Of a stretch of DNA of 64,000 bases, positions 17,379 to 24,791 are shown piece after piece. Location of the stretch: assembly GCA_028712355.1 (NCBI GenBank), contig JAQTQH010000002.1:5398-69397 (forward strand), read 5' to 3'. Each line of letters opens with the position of its first letter. Within the stretch, counting starts at the first letter, position 1. The notes under the pieces are model-generated. The model was not told the origin of the DNA and ran no database searches. It saw nothing but the letters and a program-made list of their open reading frames with translations. The stretch is from Dehalococcoidales bacterium. Lineage in GTDB: Bacteria; Chloroflexota; Dehalococcoidia; Dehalococcoidales; RBG-16-60-22. Both the position numbers and the translations under genes were made by a program.

Positions 17379-18413
17379 TTAGCCCACCTTCTTTAAGGGT
17401 ATCAGGGTAGCATCCATTACAGGCTTACCCTTCTTTACCGATTTACGGCGTGTTAGTCTAACCTGATAGTCTTTATCGGTTTCCCCTTCTGGTATAACAA
17501 TGTCATTCCAGTCTTTACAAGGCACTACCTTGCTTGCCGCTTGTGCTGGCGGGATATTCCCGCAACCTTCATTCTGCTTAAAGAAGTTGTAATTGATTAA
17601 CCAGCCGCTAGTTAAGAGCTTGATTGTCTCCATATCATCGTATTTCTGAAATACCTTAGTCCTTTGTTCCAGTGTCCTATGGAATCGTTCAATCTCTGCT
17701 GTTGATTCCCCGCTTGATACTGTTTTAAATGGGCCGCCCCGCCTGTGTACGGTACGGCAACCGAATTCGTCACCTACACCCATGATGTAGGAATTTAGCT
17801 TGTCAGTTACCACCACTTTCGGGTATCTCCCCGCCTTTATCCTTGCCAAGCGCATTAGTATATGGGCATCCCCGCCACTTCGGGAAAATGACGGGTGCGT
17901 AGCTAGAATGAAGTTAGTCTTGGAATCTATTATGTCCCAGAAATAGACAGTCTTACCTTCTAGCTTCATGTACGTTTCGTCTGCTATCCACGTATCACCT
18001 ATGTTTTCTGGTTTAAACTTCTTAGTCTGAGCAATAGCCTGTTTGGTAAACCGCTTTACCCAGTTCCAATAGTTACTTTCGCTCATATCTAAGTCGTGGT
18101 CTTGTCTGAATTGTTGCTGGATAGCATCAAGGGACATACCGCCATAGTACATACCAAGAGCGGAAGCTATCTGCTTTGATGGTGTTTTCATTTTGGCAAT
18201 CCGAGCGGGTTTTACCGCAATATCCGGAGCGGTCTTAGAAACTACCATTGAAGCACTACCAGAAGCACCAAGACCAGAAGAATGGCGGGTTGACCGACCA
18301 ATGTATCTAATATATTTCTGTATGACCTTGTTACCCTTGTGGATGGTTTCCACTTCGTAGTCATACCAGTTGCCTGAGCGTGGTGGTATTTCTTTAGCTC
18401 GTATGAATGTCAT
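17379..18413 (-). CDS. DDE transposase, IS6/IS240-like catalytic core with N-terminal extension
   Basis: 344 aa. The core reads TWIADETYMKLEGKTVYFWDIID ... KVVVTDKLNSY ... TAEIERFHRTLEQRTK, giving the D, D and E of an IS6-type DDE core. The N-terminus WYDYEVETIHKGNKVIQKYIRYIGR resembles transposase DNA-binding hairpins. Confidence 0.75.
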   Translation of the reverse strand: MTFIRAKEIPPRSGNWYDYEVETIHKGNKVIQKYIRYIGRSTRHSSGLGASGSASMVVSKTAPDIAVKPARIAKMKTPSKQIASALGMYYGGMSLDAIQQQFRQDHDLDMSESNYWNWVKRFTKQAIAQTKKFKPENIGDTWIADETYMKLEGKTVYFWDIIDSKTNFILATHPSFSRSGGDAHILMRLARIKAGRYPKVVVTDKLNSYIMGVGDEFGCRTVHRRGGPFKTVSSGESTAEIERFHRTLEQRTKVFQKYDDMETIKLLTSGWLINYNFFKQNEGCGNIPPAQAASKVVPCKDWNDIVIPEGETDKDYQVRLTRRKSVKKGKPVMDATLIPLKKVG

Positions 18414-18439
18414 TGCTACATCCCCTTCCCAACATTAAT

Positions 18440-18940
18440 TTATAAATTACTACCAATGATTGCACCAATAATGCCACCAATAATTGCACTACCAATCATC
18501 AAAAATAGATTCCCCCCAAATTCGTCTTTATCCTTGATGGTGAACTCTGTAACGTCAAAAAATGAGCTTGCTTTATCGCCATCTGTAAGTCTCATCTGCA
18601 ATTTGTATTGATTTTTCTTTAGCCTTCCAATATCAATAGCTTTACTCTTAAATTTCAGAACCCATAGTCTGTGAAGCTTTATCTCCCCCGCACCATACTT
18701 ATTTGAAACCTGCTCATCTGTCTCACTATTAACTAAACGCCACTCATAGCCTAATGTTTTCTTGGTTAGCAAGGTATTACGCCGTATCATTAGTTCATAA
18801 CTTATATATGTGGAATAGAAAAATGGGATGATGTCTGTTTGGTAAAAGAATGAGTACATCTTGCTTAATAAATGTGTTAGTCCTTCACAATTGACCTGAA
18901 CGGCATAGTCTCCCCATTTGATAGGATAATAAGTAGCCAT
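18440..18940 (-). CDS. hypothetical tail-anchored membrane protein (166 aa) with C-terminal glycine zipper, island cargo
   Basis: There is no signal peptide. The C-terminus FLMIGSAIIGGIIGAIIGSNL is a single GxxxG-rich TM. An SD (AAGGGGGA) lies upstream of the ATG. Confidence 0.55.
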   Translation of the reverse strand: MATYYPIKWGDYAVQVNCEGLTHLLSKMYSFFYQTDIIPFFYSTYISYELMIRRNTLLTKKTLGYEWRLVNSETDEQVSNKYGAGEIKLHRLWVLKFKSKAIDIGRLKKNQYKLQMRLTDGDKASSFFDVTEFTIKDKDEFGGNLFLMIGSAIIGGIIGAIIGSNL

Positions 18941-18979
18941 GCCAATCCCCCTTAACCAATTATTTAGCTTGTTAAGAGG

Positions 18980-19008
18980 ATTATACCTACTTAGGCACTC
19001 TTTGGCAA
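18980..19008 (-). promoter_or_regulatory. putative junction promoter reading into the island operon
   Basis: On the minus strand: TTGCCA (19008-19003, outside the repeat), a 17-nt spacer spanning the right direct repeat, then TATAAT (18985-18980, inside the element). Confidence 0.45.
18991..19001. repeat. right copy of 11-bp direct repeat TTAGGCACTCT
   Basis: Identical to 16481-16491. Confidence 0.8.
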
Positions 19009-19036
19009 GAGTGAACTTTGCCCAAATTGCACTGCG

Positions 19037-19066
19037 TTGACCAGTTGGGAACGCATAAGCTATAAT
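19037..19066 (+). promoter_or_regulatory. putative purF promoter
   Basis: TTGACC (19037-19042), an 18-nt spacer, then TATAAT (19061-19066). Confidence 0.45.
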
Positions 19067-19109
19067 GACAATGTAGAATTCGTTCTGACAGGTTAAGAGG
19101 CGGATTAGC

Positions 19110-20531
19110 TTGCACGAATCTTGTGCAGTATTTGGTGTTTATGCCCCAAATGAAGATGTAGCCCGGCTCACCTTCTTCGGACTATTTGCCCTGCAGCACC
19201 GCGGTCAGGAAAGCTCAGGCATAGCTACTGCTGACGGTAAGAAAATCAACCTCTTCGCTGGCATGGGGCGTGTTTCCAGCGTCTTCAGCGAAGAATCGCT
19301 GAGCCGGCTGACCGGCCACATCGCTATCGGGCACAACCGCTATTCCACCGCCGGTTCCAGCCGTATCAGCAATGCCCAGCCCATTGTCGTCGGCGCGGAT
19401 GATAACGCCATTGCTATCGCCCACAACGGAAACATCATCAACGCCCGCTACCTCCGCGAGGAACTTTCCGGGCAGGGTTACGTCTTTAAAACCACCACCG
19501 ATACCGAGGTGATTGCCAACCTGATACTGTCTTCCCCCGAAAAGGACTGCGTCGGCAAGATTCAATATGCCATGCGCCGTATCCAAGGCGCCTATTCCCT
19601 GGTGCTGATGACGAAAGACCGGCTCTTTGCCGTGCGCGATCCCTTCGGCGTGCGGCCGCTGTGTCTGGGCAAGGTTGATGGCGGATATGTCGTCTCTTCC
19701 GAAAGCTGTGCCCTCGACCATATCGGCGCAGATTTTATCCGCGAAATCACGCATGGTGAGATTGTCGCTATCGGCACCAACGGTATTGAAAGCCACCGTA
19801 TTGAATCACCACGGCAGGGTCTGTGCATTTTTGAATTTATCTACTTCGCCCGCCCGGACAGCGTGATTAACGGCCGTCTGCTTTATCCCGCCCGCCAGGC
19901 AATGGGCGCTACATTAGCCCAGGAACATCCGGTGGCGGCAGACATCGTCATGGGCGTGCCGGACTCGGCGACTGCCGCCGGAATCGGCTATGCCCATGAA
20001 TCTGGTATTCCTATCGCCGAGGGGCTTATCAAGAACCGCTACGTGGGGCGTACCTTTATTGAGCCAGACCAACGCCTGCGCGACCTGGGCGTTAAGCTGA
20101 AATTCAATCCCCTCCCGCAGATGCTGGACGGTAAGCGGTTGGTGGTCGTCGATGACAGCATTGTGCGCGGCACGACGACACCCAGTGTCGTCCGCATCCT
20201 GAAAAAAGCAGGGGCGAAGGAAATACATATGCGTATCTGTGCGCCGCCCATCCGCTACCCGTGCTTCTTCGGAGTGGATATGGCAACCCGCCGTGAACTG
20301 ATTGCCGCGCAGAAAAGCGTCGAGGAAATCCGACAGTTCATCGGTGCCGATTCCTTAGGTTATATCAGCATCCCGGGGCTGATTAAGTCAGTGGGACTAC
20401 CTCAGGATATTTTCTGCCTGGCGTGCTTCACCGGGGATTATCCCATCCCCGTCCAGCTCGAGATGGACAAGCTGGAGATGGAAAATCACACCGAAAGTGA
20501 AGGCAAGTGCATCACGACGGTCGAGTCCTAA
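19110..20531 (+). CDS. purF: amidophosphoribosyltransferase
   Basis: 473 aa with a TTG start. It has a short propeptide followed by CAVFGVY (the Ntn Cys), and VVVDDSIVRGTT (PRPP loop). Confidence 0.92.
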   Translation: MHESCAVFGVYAPNEDVARLTFFGLFALQHRGQESSGIATADGKKINLFAGMGRVSSVFSEESLSRLTGHIAIGHNRYSTAGSSRISNAQPIVVGADDNAIAIAHNGNIINARYLREELSGQGYVFKTTTDTEVIANLILSSPEKDCVGKIQYAMRRIQGAYSLVLMTKDRLFAVRDPFGVRPLCLGKVDGGYVVSSESCALDHIGADFIREITHGEIVAIGTNGIESHRIESPRQGLCIFEFIYFARPDSVINGRLLYPARQAMGATLAQEHPVAADIVMGVPDSATAAGIGYAHESGIPIAEGLIKNRYVGRTFIEPDQRLRDLGVKLKFNPLPQMLDGKRLVVVDDSIVRGTTTPSVVRILKKAGAKEIHMRICAPPIRYPCFFGVDMATRRELIAAQKSVEEIRQFIGADSLGYISIPGLIKSVGLPQDIFCLACFTGDYPIPVQLEMDKLEMENHTESEGKCITTVES

Positions 20532-21786
20532 ACCCAAGCATGGCGATTTTCTACCGCAGGACTCATACCCTCAGGTAAAACAGGAGCATCGCAACGTGCC
20601 CGAATGGAAAAGGAACCTTTACGCAATTGTTGCCGCCGAGTTCATCGTGCTCATCGGCTTCAACTCCGCTATCTCTTTCTTGGCGCTCTTCATCCAGGAG
20701 CTTGGCGACTTCAGTAACCAGGAAGCCACCCTTTGGACCGGCATCGCCACCGGCAGCAGCGGCATCGCCATGTTCTTCACTGCTCCTATCTGGGGCATCC
20801 TCGCTGACCGCTGGGGGCGGAAACCCATGCTGCTCCGTTCTCAATTCGGCGCTGCGGTCGTCATGGCGCTGATGGCAGTTTGCCCGAATATTTACCTTTT
20901 TATTGGCCTGCGTATCGCCCTGGGCACCCTCGCCGGTACAATCGCCGCCGCTTCCGCCCTCGTCGCCACGACTACGCCACGAGAAAAGGTCCCCTACGCA
21001 ATGGGGCTAATCATGGTGGCAGTATTCTCAGGACAAAGCTTCGGTCCCCTGCTGGGAGGATTTGTCGCGCACGGCTTCGGCTACCGGGCGGCTTTCTTCG
21101 CCACCGCTTTTCTTCTGGCCGCCGGCGGTTTTATCGTTTTGTTCATGGTCAAGGAAAAGTTCGAACGCCCGCCGTCCCATGCTCATGCCAGCCTGACCGA
21201 TGTGATGAGTTTAATCAGCTCCCGCCAGATGCTGGCGCTGCTCGCCGTTCTCTTTACTATCCAGGCGGGTCCGCAGATGATAGCTCCCATTCTCCCGCTT
21301 TTCTTTAAATCACTTGATCCCACCGGTGCCGCAGCAGCTTCCGCCGGTCTTGCTTTCTCCATGATGGGTATTCTCGCCGCTGCTTCCGCTTTAATCATCG
21401 GACGGTTCGGCAAGAACATTCCTCTTAAAAAGATACTGATATACTCCTGTCTCGGCAGTTGCCTGCTTTACTTGCCTCCTATTTTTGCGGCAAATAGCGT
21501 TTACTTGATTATTTTCTTTGGCTTAACCGGGATATTCGTCGGTGGCCTGATGATGTCCTCCAATGCTCTAGTCGCACTTACTGTACCCCTTAGCCGACAG
21601 GGTATCGCCTACGGAATAGCGCAGAGCGCTAACGCCTTAGGAGGCGGACTCGGTCCTCTCATCGGAGGAAGCATCGCAACCGCAGTTGGCTTCCGCCCGG
21701 TTTTTGGAGTCACCTCAGGCATATTTCTGTTACTCGGCGGTTTTGTAGCAAAGGCGCTGCTTAAGCAGCCTATTGATGCCAAATAA
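20497..21786 (+). CDS. MFS transporter
   Basis: About 12 TM with LADRWGRKPML (MFS loop 2-3 motif). The start is uncertain: ATG 20497 overlaps purF by 35 nt, and in-frame GTG 20596 is an alternative. Confidence 0.8.
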   Translation: MKASASRRSSPKPKHGDFLPQDSYPQVKQEHRNVPEWKRNLYAIVAAEFIVLIGFNSAISFLALFIQELGDFSNQEATLWTGIATGSSGIAMFFTAPIWGILADRWGRKPMLLRSQFGAAVVMALMAVCPNIYLFIGLRIALGTLAGTIAAASALVATTTPREKVPYAMGLIMVAVFSGQSFGPLLGGFVAHGFGYRAAFFATAFLLAAGGFIVLFMVKEKFERPPSHAHASLTDVMSLISSRQMLALLAVLFTIQAGPQMIAPILPLFFKSLDPTGAAAASAGLAFSMMGILAAASALIIGRFGKNIPLKKILIYSCLGSCLLYLPPIFAANSVYLIIFFGLTGIFVGGLMMSSNALVALTVPLSRQGIAYGIAQSANALGGGLGPLIGGSIATAVGFRPVFGVTSGIFLLLGGFVAKALLKQPIDAK

Positions 21787-21800
21787 TGCAACTCAAGCTA

Positions 21801-21829
21801 TTGACAAAGTTCTTCCATTACGTTATCAT
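21801..21829 (+). promoter_or_regulatory. lexA promoter
   Basis: TTGACA (21801-21806), a 17-nt spacer, then TATCAT (21824-21829). Confidence 0.6.
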
Positions 21830-21831
21830 TC

Positions 21832-21845
21832 AGAACAGATGTTCG
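21832..21845. promoter_or_regulatory. LexA operator (Cheo-type SOS box AGAACAGATGTTCG)
   Basis: A GAAC-N4-GTTC palindrome lies immediately downstream of the -10 element and 19 nt upstream of the lexA ATG. Confidence 0.7.
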
Positions 21846-21863
21846 CTACCATTTGATGGCTGA

Positions 21864-22505
21864 ATGAAGACAGTATCTACCAAGCAGCAGCAAATCCTCG
21901 GTTTTATCCGCCGTTTTCTGGCGGAGCAGGACTATCCGCCCTCGTTGCGGGACATTCAGGAAGGCTGCCACATTAGTTCGACGTCTGTCGTCGATTATAA
22001 CCTCAAAGCACTGGAGAGGCTCGGCTTCATCCGCCGCCATCCTGAAATATCGCGCGGAATCGTCCTGAACTCCGATTCCACGATTCCTTTATCTATGACG
22101 CCCGTTCCTATCATCGGCATGATTGCCGCAGGTTCACCGATTCCCGTTCCCACACCCGATACTTGGGACGTTTCCGCCGCAGCGGAGACCATCAACATCA
22201 GCCGCGAATTGACCGGAGATGCCGAGGGAATCTACGCTCTCAAGGTCAAGGGTGAATCCATGATAGATGCCCTGATTAACGACGGCGATATCGTCCTGAT
22301 GCAATACACTAATACCGCAGACAACGGCGATATGGTTGCCGCCTGGCTAAAAGCGGAAAAAGAAGCAACGCTCAAGAAAGTATATATTGAATCCGACCGT
22401 GTCCGCCTGCAACCGGCTAACCGCCATATGCAGCCCATTTATGTCTCCCCGGACAACCTTGAAATCCAGGGCAAAGTCATCGGCGTCATCCGAAAATTAT
22501 CCTGA
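21864..22505 (+). CDS. lexA: LexA repressor
   Basis: 213 aa. It has an N-terminal winged-helix region (PPSLRDIQEGCHISSTSVVDYNLKALE), the GESMIDALINDGDIVLMQ Ser nucleophile region and a TLKKV Lys. Confidence 0.92.
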   Translation: MKTVSTKQQQILGFIRRFLAEQDYPPSLRDIQEGCHISSTSVVDYNLKALERLGFIRRHPEISRGIVLNSDSTIPLSMTPVPIIGMIAAGSPIPVPTPDTWDVSAAAETINISRELTGDAEGIYALKVKGESMIDALINDGDIVLMQYTNTADNGDMVAAWLKAEKEATLKKVYIESDRVRLQPANRHMQPIYVSPDNLEIQGKVIGVIRKLS

Positions 22506-22734
22506 AAACCCGATTGCCTTTCCTCTATATAAAATTTGAAGCCCATCGCAAGAATCTAACCCTGCATTTCCTCTCCAGATTTAACCTGTCCTCACCTCCC
22601 TTGCCCCCTCCACAAATGAAGCTGGGAAAAGTCAGAGGAGACGGATTACAAAATCATTGTCTTGGCTTGATTTGACTTTTACTACGCCTTTGGTCTTAAA
22701 TGAGGACAAGACTTTGGGCAAAGCCGAGGTAAAG

Positions 22735-23307
22735 ATGTTTTTATCCCAATTCCAATCCGTCGGGCGCGACCTTTTCAACCGCGGGCTGGTCTCCTCCAGC
22801 AGCGGTAACTTGAGCATCCGCATGGGCGAGCACCTAATCATCACCCGCCGCGGCAGTATGCTAAACAGCCTATCCGAGCACGACCTCATTGAGACCGGGG
22901 TCACCCGCAATAATCGCGCCACGCCGCTCGCCTCGGTTGAGTTACCTGTCCACCGCACCATATACCAGAAGACGCAGGCACTGGCAATCGTACATGCACA
23001 CCCGCCCCATGCCGTAGCTCTCTCACTGACCGAAAGAGAGATAGTACCGACCAACTTCGAGGGGAAATATTATCTGGGCAGGATACCGGTCCTTGGGTTT
23101 AACGAAGAAATAAAAGCCGGTGGGCTGGCGGACGTCATCGCCGAGGCACTGACCCAGCGCAAGATTGTCATGGTATACGGGCACGGGTGTTTCGCTATCG
23201 GCCAGCTTATGGAAGAAGCCTACAACCTCACCACCGCTTTCGAGGAAGCCTGCCATGTGCTCTGCCTGTTGAAATCAATGCAGGCGGCAATTCCAGTGAT
23301 AAAGTAG
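22735..23307 (+). CDS. class II aldolase/adducin-family protein
   Basis: It contains SSSGNLSIR and the AIVHAHPPHAVALS metal-binding His cluster. I prefer ATG 22735 (GAGGT SD) over the track start at 22657. Confidence 0.75.
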   Translation: MFLSQFQSVGRDLFNRGLVSSSSGNLSIRMGEHLIITRRGSMLNSLSEHDLIETGVTRNNRATPLASVELPVHRTIYQKTQALAIVHAHPPHAVALSLTEREIVPTNFEGKYYLGRIPVLGFNEEIKAGGLADVIAEALTQRKIVMVYGHGCFAIGQLMEEAYNLTTAFEEACHVLCLLKSMQAAIPVIK

Positions 23308-23308
23308 G

Positions 23309-24223
23309 TTACTTATATACTGGCGTACACCAGTCCAAATATTTTGAATTGTTACCCCGGATGACATCGGCGTAGATTTCCTGCAGCTTCTTGGTTATCG
23401 GGCCGATTTCGCCGTCACCCACCTTGCGATGGTCTACTTCCGAGACAGGCGTCAGGTGTGCCGCAGTTCCGGTCAGGAAGCATTCTTCGGCGGTATAAAG
23501 CTCGCTCCGGTCGATTGGCCTTTCCATTACGGTCAGGCCCAATTCCTTCAATGCCAGTTCAATAACGGTATCGCGGGTGATACCCTTGAGAATGTTATTG
23601 TAGACCGCGGGCGTCACCAGTTTGCCCTGTTCGACCAGAAAGATATTTTCCCCGCTGCCCTCGGAAACATGGCCGTCCGGCGTCAGCATGATTGCCTCAT
23701 CGTAGCCATTCTCAATCGCCTCGGTCTTGGCAAGGGCATTGTTGACGTAAATGCCGGTGGACTTGATTTGCGGCGGATTGACGTTATCGCCGGGACGCTG
23801 CCACGAGGAGATGCAACAATGCACCTTATCCTTGTCCAGATACGGTCCCCAGGGAAAGGCGAAGACCAGAAAATCATCTTCCAGATTATGTAAACGCACT
23901 CCCAGCGCCTGGCTGCTCTTGTAAGCCAGGGGACGGACATAAATATCTTCCTTAAAGCCGCACTTCTGCGCCATTTCCACCGTGATGCGGCAAAGCTCGT
24001 CAACGGAATAAGCCAGATTCATTTTCATGACGCGGCAGCCTCTTGCCAAACGCTCGTAATGCTCCCTCATCCTGAACAGGTACATCTGCTTTTTGGGGCT
24101 ATTCCAGTTGCCGCGGATGCCCTCAAAGATTGCGGTGCCGTAGTGCAAGGCATGGGTCATGACTCCCATCTTGGCGTCCGGGAGCGGCATGAACTGTTTT
24201 TGAAAGTAAGCATATGAAGGCAT
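23309..24223 (-). CDS. ilvE: branched-chain amino acid aminotransferase (fold type IV)
   Basis: 304 aa with YGTAIFEGIRG, KSTGIYVNNALAKTEA and GITRDTVIELA. Confidence 0.9.
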   Translation of the reverse strand: MPSYAYFQKQFMPLPDAKMGVMTHALHYGTAIFEGIRGNWNSPKKQMYLFRMREHYERLARGCRVMKMNLAYSVDELCRITVEMAQKCGFKEDIYVRPLAYKSSQALGVRLHNLEDDFLVFAFPWGPYLDKDKVHCCISSWQRPGDNVNPPQIKSTGIYVNNALAKTEAIENGYDEAIMLTPDGHVSEGSGENIFLVEQGKLVTPAVYNNILKGITRDTVIELALKELGLTVMERPIDRSELYTAEECFLTGTAAHLTPVSEVDHRKVGDGEIGPITKKLQEIYADVIRGNNSKYLDWCTPVYK

Positions 24224-24252
24224 ATGATGATACCCCCTTTGTTATACCGTTC

Positions 24253-24281
24253 ATTATAGCTAGAATAAGAAGACAAGACAA
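24253..24281 (-). promoter_or_regulatory. putative ilvE promoter
   Basis: On the minus strand: TTGTCT, a 17-nt spacer, then TATAAT, ending about 30 nt before the ilvE ATG. Confidence 0.4.
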
Positions 24282-24558
24282 GTTACCGTACTAAATCATA
24301 TGATTGGTAACATCTCTCAGCTTAACCTAACCACCTTCTCGCAAAACAGCCCCTTCCACTGATTTTACAGGAGAAAATAACATAGAGGTTAGGGTTACTA
24401 CTTTTGGAAATGGGTGCTGCCCATGTTGACACACCCTCAAAGTTTACAAAAACTTCGTGAAACCTTTATGGATTCTTTATAACTTTTATGAGGGACTTTA
24501 CACCGGCATGTTAAATTTGAATTAAAAGGACAAATACGGGTCAGATTGCAGGTGTGAA

Positions 24559-24786
24559 ATGAAAATAGAAACCGCGACGATAAACTTTCCTTGCCCCAAG
24601 TGCAACCAGGAATTCCCGGTAAGCCTGTTCCAGCTCCATGAGGGCGGGATCATCACCTGCCCCTGGTGCCTCGCCAGCAATGTTGAAAATGAGCTGAGCG
24701 GATTGGAGCACAACCTGGAGAGCCTGGGGCGTTCCCTGCAAAACCTGAAGCGCTGCATGGAGAAGAAGCAGCGCACCAACCAGTAA
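24559..24786 (+). CDS. hypothetical zinc-ribbon protein with C-terminal helix
   Basis: 75 aa with the CPKC...CPWC ribbon and an AGGTG SD. It is convergent with mfd. Confidence 0.5.
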   Translation: MKIETATINFPCPKCNQEFPVSLFQLHEGGIITCPWCLASNVENELSGLEHNLESLGRSLQNLKRCMEKKQRTNQ

Positions 24787-24791
24787 ACGCA

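Larger units (their letters stand above)
16481..19001 (-). mobile_element. 2.5-kb low-GC inserted element (DDE transposase plus two orphan genes) bounded by 11-bp direct repeats
   Basis: Evidence is the direct repeats, a sharp composition drop (hand count of single 60-nt lines gives ~38% GC inside versus ~68% outside), an IS6-like transposase gene, and a reconstructable empty site in the hydrolase gene. Confidence 0.75.

Noticed and set aside
16492-18990. Terminal inverted repeats for the island
   Set aside because: Comparing the first ~40 nt inside the left repeat with the reverse complement of the last ~40 nt inside the right repeat showed no convincing match. The CCCC..CTTAA similarity is direct in orientation and explained by SD/stop contexts.
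20497-20531. 35-nt overlap of the MFS gene with purF as a sign of a frameshift or fusion
   Set aside because: The frames differ and both proteins are complete. An in-frame GTG at 20596 offers a non-overlapping start, so this is just start-codon ambiguity.
24224-24558. Possible T-box leader upstream of ilvE (GAAGGTGGTTAGG on the minus strand; AAATGGGTGCTGCCC on the plus strand)
   Set aside because: Neither stretch matches the conserved T-box core (GGGTGGTACCGCG) well. A good -35/-10 pair sits only ~30 nt from the ilvE ATG, leaving no room for a ~200-nt leader.
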